Shown: positions 27,401-41,300 of the stretch, one piece after another | How the letters are laid out: each line of letters opens with the position of its first letter | Position numbering within the stretch: the stretch's first letter is position 1 | Assembly (NCBI GenBank): GCA_040954595.2 | Contig: CM082587.2 | Span: 9,429,403-9,493,402, forward strand | Direction of reading: 5' to 3' | From: Balanoglossus misakiensis | Lineage: Eukaryota > Animalia > Hemichordata | DNA length: 64,000 bases | Notes under the pieces: model-generated | Database searches by the model: none | Told to the model about the DNA's origin: nothing | What the model saw: only the letters and a program-made list of their open reading frames with translations | Made by a program: the position numbers and the translations under genes

Positions 27401-30400
27401 CAGCCAACAGGAATCATGATTTCAAATAAACTGATCAAATAAACCCTCTCCCCCCCACCACCATGTTTTGCTTCTCTTATTTTCCATACCCTTTTCCATG
27501 GCACTGGTTTGTAGTCACCCAGTTTTGTGACATAGGCACACATTCTAATCAAATCGAGTAATTTATACTAATTATCACCATTGGGAAGGTGCTCCTCCTC
27601 CTAACAGTAGAGCCCAACCCACAAATGTCACGGAACCGATCATTGTTATTCCTTGCATAGTAAAAAGCAGCTTTAATTGGTCAAAACCAAATGGAAATTC
27701 CTGTCATGGAAATATTAAATCATTCAACGTTAACCAAAATGTTCTCCAACTGGTGTACAGGTCTTGTGTTGAGAGTGTTCTTACTATTAACTTGGTCTTA
27801 TTCCTTTCTACAGCTTTGTCACTTTTAACCTTTTTGTAAAACCTTTACTGTTGACTGGCATTGTTTTAAAGCCCCTGTAGCGGCCAAATTTCACATATTT
27901 TTTCCACAAATATATTCCCTATCCTCTAAAATCCTCACCATTAAGCCATATTACTTGCTTTTGCATCAGTTTGTCATCTCTTGGCAACGCATACCACGAT
28001 AGTTGCGTACTGTTTGCATGGAGGCTGATTAAATCATTGGGCACCGGTTTAATACATAGCGTGTTCAAATTGCAACATGCAGTCACAATCGGGCATCGAT
28101 AAGGTGTTCATGTATACCAATCAGTAAGCTTATTTAGATGGACCAATTTAAGTTGGAAAATAAAATTATGAAAATAATGCAAACAAGTGGCAGCTATAGA
28201 GGCCTTAAGGTGGCATTGCATGAAACTGTCGAGACTTTTTCAGAGGCCTATTTCTCACCAAAGACAAAGTTAAACCCCCATAAACCATATATATTCTGGA
28301 AGCTGAGATTTTGAACTTTTGTTTGAGTTGCAAATATTATTGATCCCCGGAAATGGTGGCGATTTTGGGTGAAAAAAACCATTTTTTGATATTATGTCAT
28401 GAAATTTAAAATAGGTAAAAAAGTTGACCATGCATCATGCATCTTAATATGTCATTCGAAACTAGAGTACACGTGCAAAAAAACGGTAATTTTGTTTTGC
28501 GTTATCTGCTTCCATTGAGGAGTAACAGCATTTGAAAGTTAGATTTTTAGTAAAATTTGATCAAATTCACGGTGAGTTGTATTGAATCAGAGTTTATTCC
28601 CGCCAGGGACACTTTATCGACTAACAAAAATACCGTTTTGTTGGATGGGTCATACACAATCCCCAGTTAAAATTTATTCGGCCAACGCAGAGCGAAGCTA
28701 TTTTCGTCTGAAGTTGTCAAGAGCAGCGAAAATGCAAACTGAGAAAAACGGCCATTTGCATTGTTGACACCTATTTGTTAAGCTGTGAACTCATTCAGAA
28801 AAGTGCTATTTTGGGGTGATTATGCACCATTTCCGCCAAGACGTATTAGTCAGGGTGTGGGTCAGTATAAGGCCTACCGATTTATGTAAAAAAGTAAAAT
28901 TTGGCAAAAATCACAACTTTTCATGCAATGCCACCTTAAGTTTTAAAGCATGTTAGCTGAGTCTAATGATAAAGTTTTGTATTTGTGGAAAGGCAAGAAA
29001 TTAAATGCATGGTATCTTGAGGGTTAAACTGGTGGTTCAGTGTTGACTAGGACATTGACAATGACTTGTATGAATAAAATGTGTTATCACTTTTTCTTCA
29101 CTTGATGCAGATGGAGATAATTCGCAGTTAACAAGTTTGATTGAAGAATACATCAAAGAAATTGAACAGTTAAGGTAAGAATGTTTTTAAAAAAAATGAA
29201 GATTTAAAGTTAGTGTGGTTATATCTCCCTTTAGAATACAACCGGTATTAACAAATTTGATTGAAGAAGTCAAATGTTTTAGCTGCCATTTAGTATATAG
29301 CGATATGTCAGTTGGAGCTTGTGGCATCAGTCAGTGTCTGCATATTTTCTTATGCCTATGAACTGCAAAACCTGAATGGGCAGCATGCATCACCTGTCTA
29401 TTTGATGTGTATATATGCATGGACTGCAGATGAGCTTTTGTTCCAATGAAATAGTCATTATCAAAATTATGCAAATTAGCTGAACAATGCAAACAATGTT
29501 AAAACTCAAATACTCAAGAACTTCTGGTAAACTGCTTTGTATATTGGTATTCATATAACTTAGGTAGACTTTATGATTATATATTCATTTTAGCTCATGT
29601 GTGTGCATACAGGTGAGCTAATGTAGTACCTAATCATCATGTCAGATTGGCATTGCTCTGAAATTTATCATGCAAGTTACTAGGGATGATATTAGTCATA
29701 GATAGTCAAATTGTGCTGATATATGCAGGATTTCATTTTTGGGCCAAATGTTGCCATTTTTGATCTATTTTTTTTACGAAAATCTTCTCAGAAACAACTT
29801 GTTCCATTGCTTTGAAATTTTGTACGCAACTTCCTGGGGATGGGCTTAATCAAGGTTTCTCAAATTGGGGTGAAATTTCCATTTTGTAATTTTGTATGCA
29901 ACTTCCTAGGGATGACCTTTAGTCAAGTTTGTTCAAACTGGGGTGAAATTTGCATATTTTTAATTTTGGAGCAATTTTTCCCGTTTTTGGTCAAAACTCA
30001 TTTCGTGGTTAGGTCATGTCTGTATGCTCGCCAATTTCATCTGTATATGATTTTGATTCCAGTGCACACCCACATATGTGTTTCTGGATGGGTCAAAATT
30101 CTGTTTGAGGTATAAACAGGTGTTGCAACTTGCTATGGTTATAGTTTGTTGTGTATACTTTTACATTCCAGAGCCAAAGTGATTGGGATTGAATTTGAAA
30201 ATGCAAGATTGAGAAGCAGAAGTAGAAGTAGTCAAGGTGAATCACGATTATTTTGGAGTCCAAGCCATCCACCTTTGGCAAGTCAGGGTGATTTCTCCAA
30301 GAGGTAGGTGATTCTCCACAGAAATGTGGAATTGTGGCTGCTATGAATGCAGGACTGACATTAGGCGAACACTCCATTAAAACTCTCAGCTTCTGACCCA

Positions 30401-32350
30401 AACTTTCTTATCATTATCAGTGTGGACATAAGCAATTATAATACCAGCATGTTTTTAGGTCCCATTGGTATGTACCATAGGACCTTATGGGATCGGTTGC
30501 GTCTGTATGTATGTATGTATGTATGTATGGATGGATGAATGTCTGTATGTCCGTCCACATCAAAAACTTGAAAACCGCAGCGCGTATGACCTCGATATTT
30601 GGTGTGTAGATGCAGGCAGGGCTGTAGATGGGAGTTTGTTCAAATGAAGTTGTCATTAACAAAAATATGCAAATTAGCTGGGAAAAGTGTGAAATTGGTC
30701 AAAACTCAAAAACTCGACAACCACTGGTCATATTGATTTGAAAATTGGTATGCATGTACCTTATGTCAACCTCAAAACAGTCCTGTATGTTTTGAGAAAA
30801 TATTATCAATTTCCTATTTTTTATGCATTTTTTTTGTATTTTTCCATGTTATTGGTAAAAAATCTTCATTTCTGAAAGTGATGGGCTTACTTCTTTGAAA
30901 TTTAGTATGAAGCTTCCTAATGGTTGTCTGAGTAACCATAGTTTTGTTCAAATTGTTGCAACATTTGCATATTAATCTTTACGGCCCTGATACGGGTTTT
31001 GCGGCCCGGGGTCGTACGGCGGAAGCGCCCGACCGCAGGGAGGGTGCGAATCGCCGTACGACCGAGGGCTGCAAAACCCGTATCAGGGCCGTAAAGGTTT
31101 TATCATATGCCTTATTGAACGATAATCTACAAGAAACTAATAAAATACACATTCTGTAATATTTTGGAATATAAATATTACGTGTAAGTCCGTGTTTATC
31201 TATCGTTTTGAAATGATCAATCGCGTAGCATAGAGCCGTATTCCTCCAGTTCTTGCGGATTGATATGCACGATGTCATTTGTTTACATTCTATTGCACGT
31301 GAGATATAGACGCGCTCGAACTCACACAGCCGAGCGAGAGCAAAACATTATTTCTTCGCGATGATCGACGCTGACAGTCACACATTAATCAGATCAAAGC
31401 ATCAATTTTACTATTCATATTTCCAAATAAAGCTCTACAACATGCAGCGATTATGGAAGAGGATGTGATTCGGTAGCGGCATAGGACATACACACACTGC
31501 AAGTGCACTAGTCACTAACACCGCACCAGAAAAATTTAATTCAGAACGTAGCAACGACAACTTTCGAATCTCTTGCAATAAATACAAAACTAGATCCGGA
31601 TATTGAACGCGTCTTCCAAATATGGTCACCGGGCCGGGACGTGATAAGCAAAAAAACTGCACGGATGTGTGGGCGCCTCTCCCCATGGGCACGTGAATAT
31701 AGGCATATGATAATTATAATTTTGAGCAATATTTGCCATTTTTAGTCAAATTTTTTTCTTCTTTAAAACCGCATGCCAGATTGCTTTTCAATTTGGTAGG
31801 CATGTTCGTAGGGGTAACCTAAGTAATATGTTGTAAAAAACTGTGAAATTTGCATAAATGTGTTATCGGGGAAACTTTTGCAATTTTTGTCAAAAATTGT
31901 TTTCTCTGAAACCGCTTGTCATATTGCATTGAACTTTGGCAGCATGTTCCTTGTAGTGATTGAAGTAAGATATTGTACAATTTTGGTGATATTTAAATAT
32001 TTGTGTTTTTGCCACTTTTGAACAAATATTTTCTGTGAAACTGCTTGTTGGATTGCTTTAAAATTTGTTTTTTTCTCTGATTGCTCTGAAATTTAGGATA
32101 TAATTTCATAACACATACATGTATATGTGCAACTTTTATTCAATTCTGATATCAGAAATATTCAATATTTAGCGAGTTTTTTTGTAAGTTTCTTTGTTTT
32201 TGGTTAGCAAATCTTCTCCTAAAGCATTTGTCCAGTTGTTTTTAAAGTTACTATTTCCAAGGAGTTGTTACCCCAAACTAAGACATGTTTACATAACTTT
32301 AATAGGCCAGCTGTTACAGAGACCACCAGCTATTAAATTTTGTCAGTGTG

Positions 32351-32381
<31 letters not shown>

Positions 32382-35300
32382 GTGTCTGTTCCAGGGCTGA
32401 CTGAAAGAAGTTGCTTCTCATATGTGTTTGTACAGACAATTTTTGGTCAATTTTTTTTTCTAGCACCACTTGTAAGACTGCTATGACACATGACAGTTTA
32501 TTGGGCATGTTCCTTGTTAATTTTTTTACATTCCAGATTTCTATATGGTAAGATCATATCTGCTGGCAATGTCACCTGTAATTTTTATTCTGGTGTGTCA
32601 CTGTTTCCGCATAATCCTCCAATAGGACCACAGTGTCCTTGACGCTATCTTTTTAGGTCCCATTAGGTTAATATGTCTATATATACCATGGGACCTTATG
32701 GGATCAGTTGTGTCTGTATGTACATGTATGTATGGATCGATGGATGGATGTATGGATGGATGGATGTATGTCTGTATGTACGTCCACATCAATAACTTGA
32801 AAACCGCTGCGTGTATCACCTTGATATTTGGTGTGCAGATGCAGGCTGGGCTGTAGATGGGAGTTTGTTCAAATGAAGTTGTCATTGCCAAAATATGCAA
32901 ATTAGCTGGAAAAATGTGCATTTGGTCAAAACTCAGTAACTCAAGAACTTCTGGTCGGATTGCTTTGCAAAGTGGTGTGTATTTACTGTATTGAGTTCTT
33001 TTAATTAGGCAGGAACCCCCTCCTGAGATGTATATACACAGCAAATTCCTGCATGATTACATAACTGGTTACTAGCTGTTCTATTTAGTGTATGTACTGT
33101 ACATATGATGCCATTGGCAGGTTATGGGTCAGTCAGTGTTTGCCCGTTGATCTCTCTCTATGTGTGTGTATGTGTCTGTCTGTTTTGTAATCCCTAATGG
33201 GACCACCGTGTCCTTGACGCGATTTTTTACTGTTTGTGACCAACCAATTTTTTTTCCAGTCTTGATTTCAGTGAGTCACCGGATCAAACCAGGGTGCAGA
33301 CCATTTTGGATGAAGCAAAGAAGGAAGTTGCCCAAATGAAAGATATTGAAAGTGGAAGAATGTCTAGACTTACAAATCAAGGGTAAATCGCATTTCATTG
33401 CACTAAGTTGAAGGGACAAAGTGGCTATGTGTTATTTTAGTAGGTCAAACTGTATGTATGCAAGGATTCGCTATTGTGTGTTTGTGTACTGTCTCATCTA
33501 CAGACATGGGGCCATTGTAAAATGAAAAAAAAAAATTAAAAAAACCAACTCAGATGCTAGGTTCTACCAGTTCAGTTTTTAATTTTTACTTATCTGATTA
33601 AAACAGATGTAGGGTACGGCAACATGTTTTATTGCGCGGTGCGGTATTCTTATGCTTTCGCCTTACACTACATCTGACCAACTCCCATTGAAGCTCCCGT
33701 TGAAATCTTGGGCTTTACTTGGCCAATAAACCAATCGGAAAGTGCCTTATAGCGAACGATAGGTATCCCAATTATCACATTACCTGACCCCTTGTCGCTG
33801 TCACCATGGAGCTACCGTACTGCGTAAGTAAAAGATGTCGCCGTTCCCTACATCTGATTTTAATCAGATTGAATTTTTGAGCTAATTTTGCAGCAGCAGC
33901 CATGATATCTCACAAGTTTCGTGTGACCTTTGACTTATTTTGTTAACCCCAACACATATAATTATGCTGGGCTGGGATTTGCTTTAGATGGGCTGTGTGG
34001 GATGAAAATTGTCGAAAGAAGGCCATGCTTTTAGGTCATGTAAATAGTGTTGAGTGCCATGCCTTAAGCCACTGAAATGAACCTGTGAAATTTTCTGTAG
34101 AAGACTAATCTACTTATTTGCAATATTTGTCTTTGGTGCCCATGTGCCTCTTGTTTTCTTTGTCATGCTTCATTAAATGCACAGCATGTCAAATTTCACA
34201 CAAATTCTCAATAACAATCTATGGTTTCCACTACTAAGCCAACCAGCACTACACACACTAACACTCTCTCAAATATGAAATCAGTTTGAAGTAGACATAA
34301 ATGTCACATTTTGACCCTATTTTTTCGGTACTAGTTCTGATAAAGAGAATGAACCTGAAGATTATGAAGAAGATGGTGACATCACTGATGAGAGTGATGA
34401 GAATTCTGACAGCAATGGCAGTAGCAGCAGTAGTGAGGATTCAGATTCTGAAGACAAAGGTTAACATCTTCAAAAAGTTACTGGGTATTGTGTTGTAATG
34501 GTAATAGATTTAGACTTTTTGCAGAGAACATGCTCTAGTGAAGGCAGATAAAATACATTACAGGTGTCTTTTAAGCGGAACTAAAGAGAAAATTTATTTT
34601 GTTGTAGAAGATGCACAGCTTCATGAAGATCTAGCAGAACTGTCATGTGAAATTAATATCAAACAAAAACTTATTGATGAGTTGGAGTTGAGTCAGAAAA
34701 AAATACAGACCATGAAGACCCAATACGAAGAAAAGATGATGTTGTTGCAAAAGAAAATCAAAGACACACAGTCAGAAAGAGATCTTGTCTTGCTAAACTT
34801 GGGTAAGTGTTGAGAATGTGAAACATTTAGTGTTTATAGGGACAGTATGTCTCTGTTCATGTTGTTGTGGTGTACTTGGTTTCATGGGAGACATAATACA
34901 CATTTCATCATGATTTGTTTTCAGGATAATTCTAAATATAAACATCTCTGGAATGTCAATGTCGAATTTCTTTGGGGGTCCTAAAAGAAATTATTCAAAT
35001 TGGGGTGATTTCTGCATATTTGTGCATTTGGAGCAATTGCTGCTATTTTTGATCAAAAGTGGTTTTTCTTGAAACCATTTGTCTGGCTTCTGAAATTTGG
35101 TATACAGGTTCCTTGGGTAGAATTTGTTCCAATTGATGTGAAATCTGCATATTACAATGTTTGTATCCTCAGGTGTAGACATTTTCTTGTTTAATCCCTA
35201 CATGGGACCACAGTGTCCTTGATGCAATTTTTTTGATATCTTGCAGGTGATCTTGAATCACACTCTATGGATAAAGCAACTAAAATTAAAGAGGAATACG

Positions 35301-38300
35301 AGAAGAAATTGAGGAAAATGCAAGATAATTTGAAGAAATTGAATATTGCACAGAAAGAACATGCAAAACTATTGAAAAGTAAATCACAATATGAGAGGCA
35401 AATGAAGACATTAAGTCACGAACTAGTAGAAATGAAAAAAAGTAAGGTAAGATTGATGGAAATTAAATACCACAAGCTTTACAATTATTGTTAGGCAACT
35501 TAGCCATCAATATGCCAGAAAATGCCAGAGTTGAATAGCATGAATTATGATCTCACAAATATGATCCTCTCAGACTTTCCAAGGGTTTTATGCATAGTTT
35601 CATTGTTTTTTTTAAAGAAACCAACATAAAGCTGCAGCTGAAGTTGCTGTAAACATGTGGCTAATGATTTTAGCCACAGTGGCTAACGCTTTTCAAAATG
35701 CAGTGCTAACACAGACATTACACCCCGCTTTGGACTAAACAGTTTTCAGTCTAACAAGGGACTGGTAACTACGGTAGTTGAAAATCTGCACGATTGTGAG
35801 CGCGCGCCCCCTGACGCCATTGATATGAAAATTAGCTAGTTCAAAACTCAAAACTCCAGTTTCATTTTGAATGGCATCAACATGGGGGGGGGGGGGGGGG
35901 GGGTTCCACTCTGGCAAGTGACAAGTGGGACTGTAACATCTTCAATATGTGAAGGACATTTTAAGGGGCACTGGTCCCTCCGTGAGAAATTGCTAGGGGG
36001 TGCCAACATGTCAATGGGGGTGAATCCCCATCCACTCGTCTAGGAGAAACATTGAAACACTACCACTTTCAGTCTGTGACCTCAAAACAAAATTTGATAC
36101 ATTTTCGTTAGTTGCATGAACCACGGGAGAGCATGAAGAAGTTTGTTTTGGAATATGGTTGCCCCATCTGTACCACCCCTGAAAAAATCATGGATTTTGG
36201 GTGTTTTTAGACGTATGGTTTCACCGGTATCACTTCTTAGCATAATAATAACTGTAAAAACGATCCTGCCTTCATGCTATGCAGAGATATGTTCTTTGTC
36301 AATAGTTTCAATTGTGTATGTGAAAAAGCCTTAGGGGTTTTTATGCATGATACAAATCTCTGTGGACAAAATTATTGTTTTTTTTGGATTTGATCCAGTT
36401 ACTATGGTTACAGGATGCACGGATCTGGTTCTCTTAGTGGACATGACTATACCCCTTGGGCGAGAGCATTATTTTTTAGGGCCGAGGGGTGGCAATGAGG
36501 GTGAGTTTGTATGGGTCATCGGTTAGGGTTAGGGTTAGGAGGGTTAGTGTTAGGGGTGGCAATGTGAGGGTGAGTTGTCATTGGCGAGGGTGTGAAATGA
36601 CTGATAAGGCAATAAAGTGTGTTTTTGTGTTGTGCGTGGTTTATTTATCGGTGGTTCTGAAAAGGTCCTGAAAAGGACCGTTTGTTTTGTATTGGTATCT
36701 CTTTTCTTAGGGAAAGGATACTGCTCGGCAATATCCCTCAAAATATTGCGCATCGCGTCTTCCTTTGCTCGCCCGTACCGCTCCCACCACATAAACTCAT
36801 CTAAATAACCTGGCAGCATTTCCTTGGACACACCATTCATCCTCTTCAGCTTAGCCTTGGCCTTGTTCCAGTAACTCTCGACGGCTTGCAAGTGAACACC
36901 GGTTACAGGGTCGACGAAGTGGCGGCCGTGATTCACCGAAGCATATGTGAACCGATCATCGTTTGATAATTGTTGATACGTGCGGCCCATTGATCCGAAT
37001 GAATAATAAAGCCGGGTACAACAACATCTTCGATGATCGGTAGTAGTGTCGCTTGCATCATGCCTTTCCACCATCTGCATGAAGCCAATCGCAGGTTGAG
37101 AGAACCGGTCAACCATTCCAAATACCCATCTCTCTTCCGTCTGGGGTCGTCCACGATGATGTTTGCACTTGTGGCAAAAAAGACTTTCGTCTATCTCAAC
37201 CACAGTGCCCGGACCGCCGAGATGAATATTCCCACCCATCAGCTTGGTGCTGCATACCTCTCGCAGAAAATTGCTGCAGCAGTAATCAATAAGCACCCTC
37301 TTCGAAACTCCGGTCGTTACAACCATCATACCCAGTGGTTGGTCTATAGCCCAAAATAAAATAATTTTTTAAAGCACGTCCAAACGTAAACGAGACTTGG
37401 AAAAGAATGACTCGTGTCTCACCGAAACTCTGGTCCTGTATTTTTCGCAACCCTTGTTTAAGCAACGCTAGGAAAAACCGTCAGAGCGTTTTTTTATCGG
37501 CGTCCAAATCATGGGCAGTATACAAAAAGGACAATCTTGAGAAGTAGCCAAAAGCCCATGTTCTTTAAGAAACGAAATGCTCTGAACAATACTGTGGGTT
37601 GCTCTTTTGGCTTGCCGATAAAACGCCATTGTTTGGAGTGACCGTGTTCAAACTGACGTCATTTCCTGCTATTTGGCCCTAAAAAATAATGGTCTCGCCC
37701 AGGGGATATAGTCGTGTCCACTAAGTGAACCATATCCGGATGCACACGCTAGCCCTGACAGATGCTTTGCCCGTACTAGTGGGGTGGCTATGTCTCACTA
37801 TCGCCAAGTGGTAGCTGGAAAAACATACACAAACAGGAGGTGTGCTCACAATCGTGTGTATTTTCAACAAGTTGCAAACCCCTTGTCCGACATTCAAAAC
37901 TGAGTGTACACTGAGTGTACTGTCCTATAAAGGGCTGCAAAAAATACTAGACCAGAGTTTCAATGAGACATTGCTCATTCTTTTCCAAGTCAAGGATATG
38001 GCCTCACGCACTGAAAGGACATGTCAGCTGTATAGCCAACACGCTGTAAGGGTTAATTGTCACCCTTCCTGATATTTCTGATGTACAATCTATAAAAACA
38101 AGACCTATGGCAATCGTGCTGTTTCATATGGAACCCCTAATCTGTTGAACACATTACTCTTTGACATGTTTTCTTCTTGAATTCACATTTGTAAGTTTTG
38201 AATTTATTATGTTGGATAAGGTTGAGCATTTCATATTTGAATTCTTATGGGCTTTGACTATGCCATAGATTTAAAAGTGAAGGTTTCCTTTGTGAGCGAT

Positions 38301-41300
38301 GTGTTTGGAACAAGAGGAAATGGACCTTTTAATATACCGCATTCATCGCAAAAATTCCATAAAAACTTACCATTTTAGTGGTCCTGGAACATTTCAGATT
38401 TGACACAGTTTGCTGCAGGGTAGACACTTGTTTGTATGCTGAAAAGTGAAAGTGTGCTCAGGAGATTTACCGGAATGCTTTCATGACCCATTCTATGTGG
38501 TATCTCCTTATACCTAACTTCTCATTTACATTCTGAAAACAACTGTGTGTGAGCACTTGAATCTTGGATACACCATTATGAGTATCTGTGACACCTTTGG
38601 GGAATCTTGTGATGTACACATTGAAAGTGTACAGTAAGTTGTGAAATATTATTGGAAAGTAGTACATTAATTTACAGGAAATCCTACAGTTTGAGTCCAT
38701 ACATGTAATTGTTGCTGACAGGTGAGTGCATGACCAGAAAGAAAATCTTTATCGGATCTGAACAAAAATTCTGTCAATGATTGTTAATGTAACAAAACCA
38801 TATAACTTTTATGTATTTAGACAAGACTGATGAAACAAATTCGCGAAGAACAACAGCAGAGTAGAGCGAAAGATATCAGAAGAAGTAAAGAAGTGATGCA
38901 GTTAAAAAAAGAATACAGAAAAAAAGAGGTAATTCAAATCTATAACAAACCCACAATATGGTTATATGCGTTTCAATTCAAAGATGGCATGTCTCCTCCA
39001 CCAAGTAAATCTTCCCTAAAACGGTGTACAATGGGTGTTTAAAGGTGGGAGGTGTATATAATAATAGGTTTATACACAAAATACGGCCGTGTATGCACTC
39101 GGGCTCAGTGAGTGACCTATTGGACTTGCCTGCAGCTCATCCAATATGTCACTCACTGAGCCCTTGTCCGCACAGGGCCATATTTTGTGAATAACCCTGT
39201 AATATTTCTTTATATCAAAATGGAAACATACTGTCATTGATCCTGTATAATTTAATCTGCAGAGTCAGCTCAAGACGCTGGAGGCTGAGAAACGACAGAA
39301 AGAGTTGATCTTGAAAAGAAAACAGGAAGAGGTAAGGATATACTGGTGACCTTGACATCACCCTTTTGTGGATCGAGTGATATTGCAACTGACTGGACTA
39401 CTATATATGTGTGTATGTATGTATGCATGTATGCATTTATGTTACTTTTGGAAGTTTAGGCCCTATTGTTGTCCTATGGTTAACATGCCCTTGCTATTCT
39501 TCAGGCCTAGGTAAGAAGTATTAGCCAAGCACAGAATCGATACCATCCAGATATTTCCCCTGCTCTGAGTTTTTTTTTATCTTCTTGAGTGTTCAACAAA
39601 ATCAGTAAGCGAGTGTTTGTACTCCCGGTCGCCATTTTGAAATCCCATGGAATTTCAGGAAAATCTCGAAAATTGCAGCTGGACTACATTGATTTTGTTG
39701 CTTACCTTACCCCTTGTGCACCTAAATTATTAAGATTTTGCTGCATTACAGCCTTTCTGTCCATCTGGACGATATCAATTCTGCACTTCACTAATATTTC
39801 TTTATACCTGGGTCTGATTTTTCGTAATAAAAAAAATTCTTTGAAAAACCACTTGTCAGATTGCTTTTAAGGTGCATGCATGTTCGTTGTGGTGATTGAA
39901 GTAAGATATTGCACAATTTTGGTGATATAATTGATATTTGCATATTTTTTATGGGGCTATTTTGGTCTTAGAAATTTTTTTTCTAGATATGATTGCTTTG
40001 AAATTTGGGATACAGGTACATAATACATGTATGTGTGCAACGTTTATTAAATTCTGATATCAGAACTTTTCAATATTTAGCAAGTTTTTTTCTGTAATTT
40101 TCATTTTGGTCAAAATATCTTCTTCTAAACCACTTGTCCAATTGCTTTGAAAGTTACCAGTACATATTTCTTTACAATGAGGGAGGAAACCCCCATATGA
40201 GAATATACACAGCAGATTTTTTACATGTTTACATAACTTAGGCCATATGTCACAGAGACCAGCTGTTTTATTACTGCACACATTTGGTTTATGTATATAT
40301 ACCAGTGGCGTGTCTGTCTGTCTGTCTCAGAGCTGAAGTTGAAGATGAAGTTGCTTTTCATATTTGAGTTTTTACGGACAATTTTTGGTTAAAAATCATT
40401 GTCTCTAGAACTAGACCGTTTGACTTAACACAAAGACTATCTGGCAGAGATTGTTTGGTATTACCATGGCTTCCAAGTGTTTGTCTAATTGTTTTCCATA
40501 TTGCAGTTGTGTTATATTCATTTTGTATAAAAATATTGCTATAAAACATCTGTTTGGCTTTCTTGTGTAAAGTCGATAACATATTTCGATATTTTTTATA
40601 ATTATCAATAGCATCAGCATTATGAAATTTTGACTTGTATAATTTGTTATATAGCCTATGTTTGGTGTTAATAGATTTTCTAAGTGATTTGGTGATCCAG
40701 GGTTTTCTGATTTTCTTGGTACTGTGAAATTTTGTAGAAATAGGCGCATGCTTATTACATATTTCATTAAAGACTGAATAGAAGTTTTTGTAGGCCTCAT
40801 TAACATCAGAGCAATGGTAGACAGAATCCCATGTTGTGTTTTCAAGATCTTCATAAAAGTGGGTTGAACTATAGTTTTTGAAATTTTTGAATATAATATT
40901 TTCATTATATGGTAATTTTTGAGGAGTATTTTCTATAAGAGCATAAACGGGAAAATGGTCTGAAATATCTGTGACTATAGTGTTGGCATGGATAGGATGT
41001 GGTCAGTTAAAGTTTCAGATGAACTGGTCACTCTGGTTGGGGTAGATATCAGCTGCTTCAGACCTAGACATTCCAGAGATGAAAGATAGGAATCTATATT
41101 GGAAGTGGCCAGTCTTGTATTAGTATCAATATTAAAATCGCCCATTAGGGTACAGTTGTTTCTGTCACATCTAAGGTCGTTTAATACTTGTACTAAACTA
41201 ATTTGAAATTCTGTGATATCAGTATTTGGTTTTCTGTAAATGATTCCCACAATTATTTTGGTATTAATACTGACCTGTACCTCCGACATTTGCTTAAATT

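Noticed and set aside
29245-29268. Duplicated or mutually exclusive copy of exon 11
   Set aside because: Only about 22 bp (TTAACAA.TTTGATTGAAGAA) are repeated, with no usable donor.
32598-33044. Recurrent similar ORFs ([15 protein letters not shown]...) at 30417, 32598, 50147, 50781 as a gene family
   Set aside because: Chance frames on the antisense strand of the non-coding HINE-like repeat, running through microsatellites.
36520-36556. Relic telomere or chromosome fusion site (TTAGGG, also 14292-14374)
   Set aside because: Only a few units, lying inside Merlin TIRs bounded by 8-bp TSDs.
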